A program made the position numbers and the translations under genes. 64,000 nucleotides of DNA from a virus: positions 64,001-128,000 of IMG/VR virus record IMGVR_UViG_3300042373_001362. One strand, written 5' to 3'. The notes beneath the pieces are model-generated. The model made no database searches. It had not been told where the DNA came from and saw nothing but the letters and a program-made list of their open reading frames with translations. Shown piece after piece: positions 11,001 to 17,850 of this stretch. The stretch's first letter is position 1. Every line of letters starts with the position of its first letter.

Positions 11001-14000
11001 CCAAAGTGGACACCAGAAACCGGCGATGGACCATTTGCTTTGAACGACGACGGCAGTAAATATGCTACTAACAGCCTTGGGCCCCTATCTGAGTACCTTG
11101 GCGTGGACCTCAAGGCATGGCATACGGCAGATGCTGACTCTGAGGCATCTGCAATGATTGTCCAGAAGATTCTTGAGCGTGCGGCCGAAAGAGACGACAC
11201 TCCAAAGCATCTGCTAAAAGTTGAAAACATGCCTGCAATCGTCAACGAGCGTAGAGCAAAGCACAAGTTGGCAATGGATAAGTACTTTGCTGACATGAAG
11301 CAGTACAAGGCAGACATGGAAGCCTATAACGCTTCTAAATCTGACTCAGGAGGCGGAACAAGATTCTCTTCCGGCGGGAAAGCCGACCCCATGGTCATCA
11401 AGACAAATGGTCGATACGGCGACACCAGCGGAAAGAGCGATTTTAGCTCAGATGAGCTAAAGACAATAGACGAAATAACCGAGCGTCTATCCAACTCTGA
11501 TTTGAATCTGGCGTGGTTTTCGTTAGAGAACGAAGACGGAACAGCCACATCTTCGCCATTGATTAACTTTAACGGCAGGCCAATAGCTGTTGTTCGTATT
11601 GGAGAACAGAACATACCGTTTTATAGAAGTACCGGAAGTGGCGGCAAAGACCCAAGCAGGTTTGTTCCAAACAAATGGTATCCATTCTGGGGGTATAACG
11701 CGTCTGGTCAGTGGTTTATAAAAAACGAAGAAATGGAAAACTATTACGGGATACCAGAGCTGGAAGAAATATCTAAACAACTGGACACCCTTACGGATGG
11801 TCTTCCAAAGTTAAAGGCATCAACAGAGTGGCGTAGCGTCGCAAACATAGAGACCGGCCAAATGGATGATGATTTTAGAGGTTTAATAAATGGAACTGCA
11901 TTTAGAAATGCTGACTCGCTTTATAACAGACGTGACATAACAAATCACATTACTGTATCTAAGAAAAAGACGAGAGACGAAATAAAGTTAATGAAGAGAG
12001 ATGCCTTAAAGGCCTCAAGAGATGGCAATACTCCTCCAGGGGTTGATAGGTTCTCTTCTGGAGAAACATATAGAGAACTGGTTAGAACTGAAGGAAGGCC
12101 ATCAGAAAAGCAAAAAGAAGCAATTTCTGATGTTAAGGACATTCTAAGAAATAACGAGTTTGGCATTGCTGACGAGTTTGACGATGAATACGAAGTAGTA
12201 GACAGTCCAAGAAGGGCTGAACTGAAGGCGAAAGTTGCTGAAAAGATTTCAGAAGCTTTCTCTCACGACATAGAAGCAAGAGAAGATGTCGTTGTTACCG
12301 CTAAGAATGGCGAAAAAATAAACCTAGGAAAAGATTTCAAGATTGAAATAAGCGAAATATCTGTAGATGTTGACACTTATGACGAAGAAACTTTAGAAGC
12401 AATCAAAGAGCAACAGTTTTACGATACTCCTACTGGCTCAATGAGCGACTCCCCAAGCACTTTAATATCGATGAAGATATCAATAAAGCCAAAAGACGAG
12501 GAAGCAGCAAAGCGCCTTGAGCAGGCAGGTATCCCGGAGCTTCTATTGCCAGACTATTTTGACGGAACCCCAGGGGCCGACGATGTAAGGGTTGGATTCT
12601 CATCAAGAAACTTAGTAATAAATGGCAACGAAATGCATGCAACGCATGAGTCACTATTCCTCAGGGATGAAGCTCAAGGGAAAGGCATAGGAAGTCTATT
12701 CAACGCTAAGAATGAAGGAGTCTATGAAGAGCTTGGCGTTAGAAGAATCCTCACCAACGGTCAATCCTCTGAACTTGGAGAATCTGAAGGTGGAACACAT
12801 TGGCCAAGAAATGGTTTTACGTGGGCCGGAGAACAGAGCAAACAGGACTTTATTAAGGTTATAGACCGAGCCCTGAAGAGAAGAAAGAGCAAATTCTCTG
12901 AAGAAGAATACGCAAGAATAAGTTCTTTATATAGAAAGAACCCCTCAACTAGGAAGTTCGAAACAGACGCATCAGCAGAAGAGCTTGTCGATTTTGCTTA
13001 TGCAGATGAACTGTTTAAAGAACAGGATGCAAGCTTCATGTTTAAGCGCGACATTGAGCTCGTATCTGCCGGTAGTCCGAGATTCTCTTCAGGTGGAACA
13101 AGGTTCTCTTCTGGGGCGTCTGGAGCAGCAAGAGCTGGAATAAACAGAGATATATATGAAAGAGAAGGGGGCAGACCCTCGGACAAGCTGGAGCCATCAT
13201 CTTTGTTAAGAAAATCATCAGACGGAAAAGACTCTTCTGCTCTAGAAATAAATGGCAAAACATATGACATTAAGTCACTCAAAAACGAAGACGGAAACTT
13301 TTCTGTATTTATAGAAAATGAAGACGGTAAAAAAATTGCTGAGATTGTTTTAAACCAGGAGCCAACATCTTATGCATCTATAGTTTCAATATCATCGGAA
13401 GAAGATGCACAAAAAGCTGGAGCGCTAGAAGGAATTTTAGACTCTTTGTTAATAAATAATCCTGACGCAACGTTTAGGAAAACAGAAAAAACAGCAGAAT
13501 GGTTCAACTACGTAACCAATGGCATGGCTGACTATGGGCTTCAGGGAAGCAGACAGGTTGGTTTCTCCGGAAAGTTCAGCGATGGAGAAAGAGCTACACC
13601 CGATGGCGACTATACGTTAAGTTCGTTTTTAAGATTTAAGCCGAAAAGAAATTCATCTAAAACGCTAAAATCCGATAAAAATTCTTTTTCAGAGTATTCA
13701 TATAAGTGGAACGGGGAAATATTTGATATCGGAGGAGAGTCATTAGTATTTGGCGCACCTGAAGATGCGGAATTTGAAGATAGTTCTATAAAAAAGATAA
13801 ATCTGAATCCATTTGAAATACTGGGTCTTGAGCCAACTTCAGAAGAAGGCAGAGATGCTGCCATGAAATGGATGTCAGCAATACACGGCGCATCAATATC
13901 CATAATATCTGACGGTCAAGAATTTAAACCTAGCACCTATGTTAGTGCTCTTCTTTACGCCTCTTCAAAGGGGGATAAGAAAGCAGCAGAAGAATTAGAC

Positions 14001-15506
14001 GCATTGGCAAAACGTTCAAGTGATTGGCTTGCAAAGCTAAAAGAAAAAGAACAAAAGATTGAAGAAACTGGAAATGCTTTGCCGCTCAATTCTAGGCTTG
14101 TTCACCAAACGTCATACAAGCCAACAATAGATAAAGACGGATATCTAGTCCTTCGACCACTAGAGGACTTTCCACAAAAATCGAACGATGGCTCTGACGT
14201 AACTGTTAACAGAACAACGCTGCATTTAGCAATCAATCACCTTGCAGAAGGTCATATGTTTAGGCAGGAAACACAAGGTAAGTCTTACATTGTAATGATG
14301 CCTCTTGACTCTTTTATGGACCAAAACCCAGATAGCCTCGAAAATCTTTCAATAGTTGACACTGCAGCAACACCCCCACCAGGAGATGGCTTGCGCATGG
14401 CTCCAGGAACATTCAAAGTTATAGAGGTCGATGAGGGCGGGAATGGTCGAAGGATGGTTGAAGATGCTCTCAGAGAAGATGGCGTAGGCGTTCTAGTCGG
14501 TGGTGACAGGTCTTCCGGAACTCCAGGAGCAGATAAAGCAGCCGAAGCTAGGGCGCGGATGCTTGGAGTGTCTAATAACGTTGCGTCTGACCTGCCGTTA
14601 ACAGTGTTTGAAACTATTAACAGGACAAGCATATATGAGCAGTCTCGCTATGCCGATGTTCCTGCAACTACCGAAATTATGCAAACTGCTAGCAAAAATA
14701 CACTCATGAGAATGGCCAACAGAAGAGAAAACGCATGGACAGCATTTGATAAAGAAGTAGTAGCAACAGACTTTTTGTCTAGCGGTGAAGTAAAAGCCCC
14801 AGCAGAACCAAGAACACGGAAGCCAAAGCGAGTAAAGAAGTATAAGGGCTACGACCTTAACGAGCCAGACAATCCGGCTCCTAAGCCGGGAGAATTCCCT
14901 GATGATGTTGTTGAGGCTGCAACAAAACATAGGGCAGAGATTGAAAAGGTAGAAGCGGAAATAACAAAGCTTCTCATTGACTTGGCCGAAAAGAATAAAG
15001 CCCGTATGGAAGGTCTTGATTTTAGGCTTAAAGCTCTGAAGTCACTAATGCGCAAGATAGCTGCAGAAAAAGACAGCGAGCATGGTGGAGACGCAGAAAA
15101 AGCAGCGAAGTCCATGTCTGATGTTGTTAGGTACACGATGTCCTACGGCCCAGAAGATTACGTTGCTGGCGTAAAAGACGTTGTAGCAGAAATGCAGAAA
15201 CTTGGGTATGACCTTAGAATTAAGAACTACTGGAAGGGCGGCGACCCATACCAGGGAATCAACGTTGCCGTAACACACCCCGATGGAACAAAGTTTGAAC
15301 TGCAATTCCATACTCCACAATCTGTGGCTGAGAAAGAAAAAATTCACGTAATGTATGAGGAGTACAGAACATCAAAAGACCCAGGTCAGAGATGGGAGTT
15401 GTACCAGCGGATGGTTGAAATAGCTAACCAAATAGGTGTACCTATTCCACCAGAAGAACTGCTAACTATCGGCCAAGTGAAAGAACAGCCATTCCAGGCG
15501 GAGTAA
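5034..15506 (+). CDS. Giant 3490 aa polyvalent protein: zincin HExxH, degenerate ART-like, DEDDh 3'-5' exonuclease, GNAT-like and C-terminal RelA/SpoT nucleotidyltransferase modules
   Basis: HEIAH at 6741-6755. IVIRVPEGSRAVF..EQKMMIPP (~8440-8540). FFDYETTG...HTADADS (~10620-11140). EAQGKGIG..HWPRNGF (~12670-12820). RLKALKSL.RKI..DVVRYT..KNYW..YQGINV..FELQFHT (~15020-15320). Confidence 0.8.
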   Translation: MTGTFKTKTRFYTSSQFVTPISGRKHFVDSAIDFRRGLIENSSMAVLNADIAVKAAMGAGLSSSSASVGQKAQGGTSPDSDGKKRVNKGGVPGMEEDANGYRYMPEATWGPDKVLNLFPSQENRQSTDRTPNFGFIDKGPVITPEQYVQKMENEPRIRMSKYKINSRTGEPIEDTEVEFDRMRFGKTFDINPDVSDEISESVSEEIQEKSLGRSLKERMPGGSLIGRAAARFGVIMDELGKMRCPPGTPAANQFTDMTGSNCFGTSPGTLISEAINLAQNLVPEDDSRRSSRLTRGIVNLMFDLENGLFGNNVWYHADGTRMKHGEWRKFREAGGVAKNERWMVNGVERVLAELDSQDARMEDLYSKLGIDVSDVRKATNEDVFEAFQKLKDSGVIRAQLRGRPSAAQVEAMMTARLQNMDAHWIARSAEERKILLDIEVKRYRELERAHMEAFLDEVIKNPEHMKTIGDVTFNPAGRDRASFGISRIGPDGKPVGSINIDIPMSLKFQDSMLPNLSPDERLRIWAEGGQSEVLRAMAVKDFLVNSNSHAGQMIAMVDGGRGLGRHDMKHEIAHSIQAVAIFNHMKRELDARGSLVIDNGENKAPTVITDVSQLNSDMLMALMARENFMGIDLNSLKDLRSRGDVVAFLAGKYIDEVQAQYGGMRRAAEIGAELWSLRSSGLIYGDDVDAALEYMDDVASGAITIDRTVSDEILNRRVYEEYLDGSRRIREAREESERLAEEAEDGEFFDAEGRASAERLSAAREAYAAEKRAEVKEVKEAAKTMSEEDMIDFLADATESSDVLTEMLDSVEEAGEEPDWMSVMDRDTLDAMSKAVVDEWVKRFTVRRSPEAMEKLQKMIDDKRESKGTLSPEKVEERRFRQFMEGAAERAQEMGLEDLVQAYSDWEELATGEGVDGVDRARRKEMRDMYRDEYIKRRTEGPDSVSKEDARKEFNSKFKTLRKPKTTAAREREKRANPKKFKTHNGKDGARTFATAERERLLEGATTEEKIALVEMGSGETDVINMMNGSSEGMASARAIQRRNTRLKKNGVLPDELNHHEASIEEQVENFYIPLLELMDKSSLSQTVEMHIDSNDDAMKYVEDLLNGGSPEFTVGIGTGTLVTSNTDFSDGKKIVIRVPEGSRAVFPDWSFYSDSDNGEQKMMIPPSKFHLVEIRDDGTVVLEVGEQKGTEEVLKDAIEEISPSAGDSDFAYREGLKKKVGRVVDKRIAERRRQGMFDPEKRSPVEEERFSASADNAAAAAGFEPDLPPRPTTPPPTGDSPNKQRGVKRRQASAAIDRVVNPNNRTEDSWQKERRARQELDAIHAYITGEGAYQNRTNRVGRKIAQMMEEAFGTSNINELTEDQKYDLIDLISQRLDAKLRIDNNGSYDDRRSLSQFKSRIQDHIDISKMLDSNDFSDPYGSDGYDIDWSSIDTTPDRPERFSSGAKWGQMPSSNEQIDGLLDASNNDGFNEIYGSPQTREERIAQMVEMQSEVLTSLREMIDNVPGSGDELGLEASSIDPVIMDLIKNSSDEEIYQIISKAAMDLHQSFDSRPRVRMRQDELDNFLKTGRYGRESSFDTDANRFSSGRISKGIRARAKDKAIEMIAERIGKDEDSREIAEMVLDTVSALKYGPEAALTRLAIDLGRRGSRDIAERTLEELVSRGKLTDEQAKSILSKMDRFAPDGLPEPIKRGVGSAVRAAADAIDTPENRERLDRAREAAGEAAGRAREAVGEGARNVAERGRERLRRLRERDDRGEIPSSPEDVPFGDFDPADTIFSSGRRLDRRVASSEAGRERIMDGAKKTRTRFSSGETPELKEPKKPSRPREPDNGPMTGKFIDIFKGVKSYKEMLDRYNEQEVIFFDYETTGFDPKVERPVQIGAVKMKGGKVVERFNIFVNPEKELSDWSKANLVDADGNPLTNDWLNNQPSIAEAHQQLIDFFGPDALLGGQFTPFDLGFLEESLKNAGIEWTPAGVIDSKALADELLPKWTPETGDGPFALNDDGSKYATNSLGPLSEYLGVDLKAWHTADADSEASAMIVQKILERAAERDDTPKHLLKVENMPAIVNERRAKHKLAMDKYFADMKQYKADMEAYNASKSDSGGGTRFSSGGKADPMVIKTNGRYGDTSGKSDFSSDELKTIDEITERLSNSDLNLAWFSLENEDGTATSSPLINFNGRPIAVVRIGEQNIPFYRSTGSGGKDPSRFVPNKWYPFWGYNASGQWFIKNEEMENYYGIPELEEISKQLDTLTDGLPKLKASTEWRSVANIETGQMDDDFRGLINGTAFRNADSLYNRRDITNHITVSKKKTRDEIKLMKRDALKASRDGNTPPGVDRFSSGETYRELVRTEGRPSEKQKEAISDVKDILRNNEFGIADEFDDEYEVVDSPRRAELKAKVAEKISEAFSHDIEAREDVVVTAKNGEKINLGKDFKIEISEISVDVDTYDEETLEAIKEQQFYDTPTGSMSDSPSTLISMKISIKPKDEEAAKRLEQAGIPELLLPDYFDGTPGADDVRVGFSSRNLVINGNEMHATHESLFLRDEAQGKGIGSLFNAKNEGVYEELGVRRILTNGQSSELGESEGGTHWPRNGFTWAGEQSKQDFIKVIDRALKRRKSKFSEEEYARISSLYRKNPSTRKFETDASAEELVDFAYADELFKEQDASFMFKRDIELVSAGSPRFSSGGTRFSSGASGAARAGINRDIYEREGGRPSDKLEPSSLLRKSSDGKDSSALEINGKTYDIKSLKNEDGNFSVFIENEDGKKIAEIVLNQEPTSYASIVSISSEEDAQKAGALEGILDSLLINNPDATFRKTEKTAEWFNYVTNGMADYGLQGSRQVGFSGKFSDGERATPDGDYTLSSFLRFKPKRNSSKTLKSDKNSFSEYSYKWNGEIFDIGGESLVFGAPEDAEFEDSSIKKINLNPFEILGLEPTSEEGRDAAMKWMSAIHGASISIISDGQEFKPSTYVSALLYASSKGDKKAAEELDALAKRSSDWLAKLKEKEQKIEETGNALPLNSRLVHQTSYKPTIDKDGYLVLRPLEDFPQKSNDGSDVTVNRTTLHLAINHLAEGHMFRQETQGKSYIVMMPLDSFMDQNPDSLENLSIVDTAATPPPGDGLRMAPGTFKVIEVDEGGNGRRMVEDALREDGVGVLVGGDRSSGTPGADKAAEARARMLGVSNNVASDLPLTVFETINRTSIYEQSRYADVPATTEIMQTASKNTLMRMANRRENAWTAFDKEVVATDFLSSGEVKAPAEPRTRKPKRVKKYKGYDLNEPDNPAPKPGEFPDDVVEAATKHRAEIEKVEAEITKLLIDLAEKNKARMEGLDFRLKALKSLMRKIAAEKDSEHGGDAEKAAKSMSDVVRYTMSYGPEDYVAGVKDVVAEMQKLGYDLRIKNYWKGGDPYQGINVAVTHPDGTKFELQFHTPQSVAEKEKIHVMYEEYRTSKDPGQRWELYQRMVEIANQIGVPIPPEELLTIGQVKEQPFQAE

Positions 15507-15507
15507 A

Positions 15508-15747
15508 ATGAAGAAAAGATTTTTCACAAAAGGTAAGAACACCAAATTATTCGTTCTTTTTATTGACGATGCAAAAAAAGAGATGTACGAGTATGTCTTG
15601 ACAGAGGATGGACTAGAAGAGACATCAGACCTTATGAAAATAATGATTGATGGGTTTCAGGGCATAGAAGAAATAAGCGAACAGAAGGCATCAGAACTTT
15701 ATAAAGACAAAGGCTTTAAAAAAGCCATGAATAGCCTTGGTAAGTAA
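15508..15747 (+). CDS. Small protein directly after the RelA/SpoT module (possible immunity protein)
   Basis: 79 aa, starting 1 nt after the stop of the giant ORF. Function is inferred from position only. Confidence 0.55.
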   Translation: MKKRFFTKGKNTKLFVLFIDDAKKEMYEYVLTEDGLEETSDLMKIMIDGFQGIEEISEQKASELYKDKGFKKAMNSLGK

Positions 15748-15748
15748 A

Positions 15749-16750
15749 ATGAGCGAAGAATCTACAAAAAAGATTGCCGACGTAGCAAGAAGAGCCTATG
15801 AAACACGCATTGGCATACAGCCAGACGTCGACGACTCTGCCAGGCCTGTTAGTGGCTATTTGGTCAATAGGTCACAGGACACAAAAAGAAGAGCAATGGC
15901 AAAACTGGAAAATCCAGAAGGAGCTACTGCCCCGTTTGAGACAGTAGAAGGAGACCCGTCTGGCACCGACGCTATATCTCAGGGAGAAATAGAGATAATT
16001 CTTAAGCCTGGCGTTGCCAAGAAAACCTCCTACACTCGCGGCGATGCTGTGTCTACCGGCGGAAGGGCCGTAGCAATGAACTCCGACGCGCAAGAAGACA
16101 TACTTAATGCGATAATCCACGATGATGGACCAAATGCCAAAAAGACAATGGCCAGGACGATGATTGGTCTTCTAAAATCGTCTCTAGACGAAGATTATAC
16201 AGGGGTTACTTCTCTCCCTGATAATGCAGGAAGACTTACGCCTGTAGACAAAGAAGACCCGTCTGCATCGCAAAGAAAAAATGAGTCGTTTGAAGCAATG
16301 ATTCTAGGTGGGTTTGAAATAGACGATGTTGAGGGTGTTCATTTCCCTTACTCAAAAATCAAACAAATAGCTGAAGATGAAGATATTTCTGACTTCTTCA
16401 ACAACAACTTTGTTATGTCTCGCCTAAAAACTCTCAACAATAACGCTGAACAAGCAAGGGTTTTTTCAACCCTTGAATCAGCGGACAAGATAAGAACGGA
16501 ATCTGTAGTCGCTCTCAAGGAATATAGGGCAGCAAAGCGCATTAAGAAAATGTACGAATCTGGAGGGGTTGGATATGTGAAGATATCTCACCCAAAGGGA
16601 GTCAACATAGAAGACCCAAGGACGTATGACAGAAACGCATCTCCTCTTGACAATGTTGAATCAATACTAAAAGCAAAGATAGCCAAAGAACTGGATTCAG
16701 AAATTCAGAAAATATTTAACAAAAAGCCTGGAATGAAGAAGGAAAAGTAA
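15749..16750 (+). CDS. Hypothetical protein, DUF3626-like C-terminal half
   Basis: R.AYE.RIG..RPVSGYL, ILKPGVAKKTSYTRGD and FEAMILGG...DVEGV resemble DUF3626 motifs. Confidence 0.5.
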   Translation: MSEESTKKIADVARRAYETRIGIQPDVDDSARPVSGYLVNRSQDTKRRAMAKLENPEGATAPFETVEGDPSGTDAISQGEIEIILKPGVAKKTSYTRGDAVSTGGRAVAMNSDAQEDILNAIIHDDGPNAKKTMARTMIGLLKSSLDEDYTGVTSLPDNAGRLTPVDKEDPSASQRKNESFEAMILGGFEIDDVEGVHFPYSKIKQIAEDEDISDFFNNNFVMSRLKTLNNNAEQARVFSTLESADKIRTESVVALKEYRAAKRIKKMYESGGVGYVKISHPKGVNIEDPRTYDRNASPLDNVESILKAKIAKELDSEIQKIFNKKPGMKKEK

Positions 16751-17184
16751 TGGGTGCTGTTCTTGTTGCTACGGCCGGAGATAAAAAAATATATTACGTT
16801 GTCGACTCTAAGGACTCATCAAAAGATGGAGTCATTGAGGATGCAGATGGAAAAACAACTGAAGTCCCATTCTTTTCATACATAGGCAAGACAACCGGAA
16901 TTCGACCAATCAGAAGCACCGAATTCCACAAGTTTTTATGGGATGAGCCGTCTGAAAAAAACAAAAAAAGATGGATGGAAACATTCATACTGAAGGTCGA
17001 GGAGCCAGATAAAAACGAGATGGACGGAGTAGTAGTCCAGGACTCAACTGGCAAGGCTAGAAAAAAGAAAACAAATATTGACAGGAAAGCAAATGCTTTT
17101 ATGAACAATAATCACATTAGCAATTCGTATGGTCTTCAGTTTTCGACTAAAATGATACTATCTGATATTAAGCGCGAAAAATAG
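16750..17184 (+). CDS. Hypothetical protein
   Basis: 144 aa; TAATG translational coupling with the upstream ORF. Confidence 0.65.
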   Translation: MGAVLVATAGDKKIYYVVDSKDSSKDGVIEDADGKTTEVPFFSYIGKTTGIRPIRSTEFHKFLWDEPSEKNKKRWMETFILKVEEPDKNEMDGVVVQDSTGKARKKKTNIDRKANAFMNNNHISNSYGLQFSTKMILSDIKREK

Positions 17185-17195
17185 GCAGGAAAAAG

Positions 17196-17846
17196 ATGTC
17201 AAGAGAATATTGGGAAAAAGCTGCTGGAGAAGGTGTTCTTCCAGACTTCGTCCCTCAGGAAAACGTAACTGGAGACATCCTTAAGGGCCGAGGTCCAAGA
17301 AGAGGAAACCTGGAGCGACTTCTTCGCTACTGGAGACCAATCATGAAGAAGCCAGGTGGTTTTCGTCGCTGCAGGGTAATTCTAGCTAACCACCCAGAAC
17401 TTTTTCCATTGGAGAGAATCTGTGCTTGGTTGCATCACGAAACTACTGGTCTTTGGCCAAACGAGGGCTGCCACCACCCAGGAATGAAAAACTGTCGTGG
17501 AAAACTGAAGAAGATAAACATGTCTGATTCTGACTTCAGAAAAAAACTTAGGAAAATAGGCGCTGCTGGAAAGCCTGGTAAAAAATCAGCCGAACAAGCA
17601 GAAGATTTTGACTACTTCTATAGCCAAATGGACCACCCAAACATGGGTGAGGACAATCCCGTAGTGACGGAAGACGACCTTATGCATGCAATGAAGGTTT
17701 TGGTTGACTTCTGCGAAATGGAAAAGGATTTTGTCAAATTTCTGAGAGATGACGAAAGCTGGGAAATAGAAGGAGAAGATTCCATGGGCAGGACAAAGTC
17801 TGTTCCATTCTCTTCCCTTGAAAGAAAGACCGATTGCTGCGGCTAA
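17196..17846 (+). CDS. Hypothetical head-region protein (LLRYW...GFRRC...CAWLHH..TG.WP motif)
   Basis: 216 aa ORF with an SD, in an operon. Confidence 0.65.
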   Translation: MSREYWEKAAGEGVLPDFVPQENVTGDILKGRGPRRGNLERLLRYWRPIMKKPGGFRRCRVILANHPELFPLERICAWLHHETTGLWPNEGCHHPGMKNCRGKLKKINMSDSDFRKKLRKIGAAGKPGKKSAEQAEDFDYFYSQMDHPNMGEDNPVVTEDDLMHAMKVLVDFCEMEKDFVKFLRDDESWEIEGEDSMGRTKSVPFSSLERKTDCCG

Positions 17847-17850
17847 TAAA

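Noticed and set aside
5034-15506. 3490 aa ORF as an N4-like virion RNA polymerase acting on hairpin promoters
   Set aside because: Only the size matches. I see no T7-type RNAP or DxDGD motifs, and the protein is a chain of unrelated effector domains.
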